53,072 bases of DNA from an uncultured Planctomycetia bacterium (lineage in GTDB: Bacteria; Omnitrophota; Gorgyraeia; Duberdicusellales; 4484-171): NCBI GenBank assembly GCA_964536195.1, contig CAZHVO010000001.1, forward strand, positions 1-53,072. The letters are read 5' to 3'. Below, one piece after another: positions 53,021 through 53,072 of the stretch. How positions within the stretch are numbered: the first letter of the stretch is position 1; every line of letters starts with the position of its first letter. Position numbers and translations under genes: made by a program. A model generated the notes under the pieces. The model worked only from the letters and a program-made list of their open reading frames with translations. It was not told the origin of the DNA and ran no database searches.

Positions 53021-53072
53021 ACAGAGATTACACAGATTAAAAATAGAACAAATAAATTAAATTAGTTACAAG

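Overview
This is a 53-kb, AT-rich chromosomal segment from a diderm, LPS-making bacterium, probably an uncultivated lineage; taxonomy cannot be settled from the sequence alone. Of the roughly 54 genes, all but two (glnA and one radical-SAM gene) lie on the + strand, and many start and stop codons overlap. I found no rRNA, CRISPR array, integrase, transposase or prophage.

Gene content from left to right:
- 1-4.9 kb: an HD-GYP protein (5' partial), a glycolipid/lipid A-type trio (GT28, LpxL-like acyltransferase, GT2), pcm and a small membrane protein.
- 5.1-19.2 kb: a nitrogen-assimilation neighbourhood with gdhA, a convergent glnA carrying an N-terminal HTH, a NuoE/NuoF/FeS-GltD three-gene flavin/FeS oxidoreductase, carB without carA, DUF1846, and a PurF-like protein whose N-terminal Cys is Ser.
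- 19.5-24.7 kb: an orphan pilin-like gene, hisG, an unannotated 29-aa basic ORF, a TPR protein, split transketolase and ispE.
- 24.8-32.1 kb: a Bacillus-like syntenic block (spoVG-glmU-prs-ctc-pth-rpsF-ssb-rpsR-rplI-dnaB), interrupted by tRNA-Gln, a palindromic repeat and a small GIY-YIG gene.
- 32.1-53.0 kb: an envelope supercluster (bamA-skp-lpxD-lpxC/fabZ-lpxA-lpxI, TPR-SpoIID, SPL-like radical SAM, S1C protease-TPR, hemW, heptose kinase, kdsB-kdsA-kdsD-kdsC-lptC/A-lptB), then tig-clpP.

The most unusual observations are:
- an HTH-glutamine synthetase fusion with palindromic operator-like sites over its promoter;
- a GC-rich palindromic repeat family, one copy of which is an exact 72-nt in-frame insertion in kdsA flanked by a TTGAT duplication;
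- a terminator hairpin abutting the carB ribosome-binding site;
- several domain-architecture oddities: trigger factor without a PPIase domain, a possible LptC-LptA fusion, SpoVG with an inserted zinc ribbon, and a Ser-nucleophile PurF paralogue.

All homology calls come from motif recognition by eye. No database search was run.
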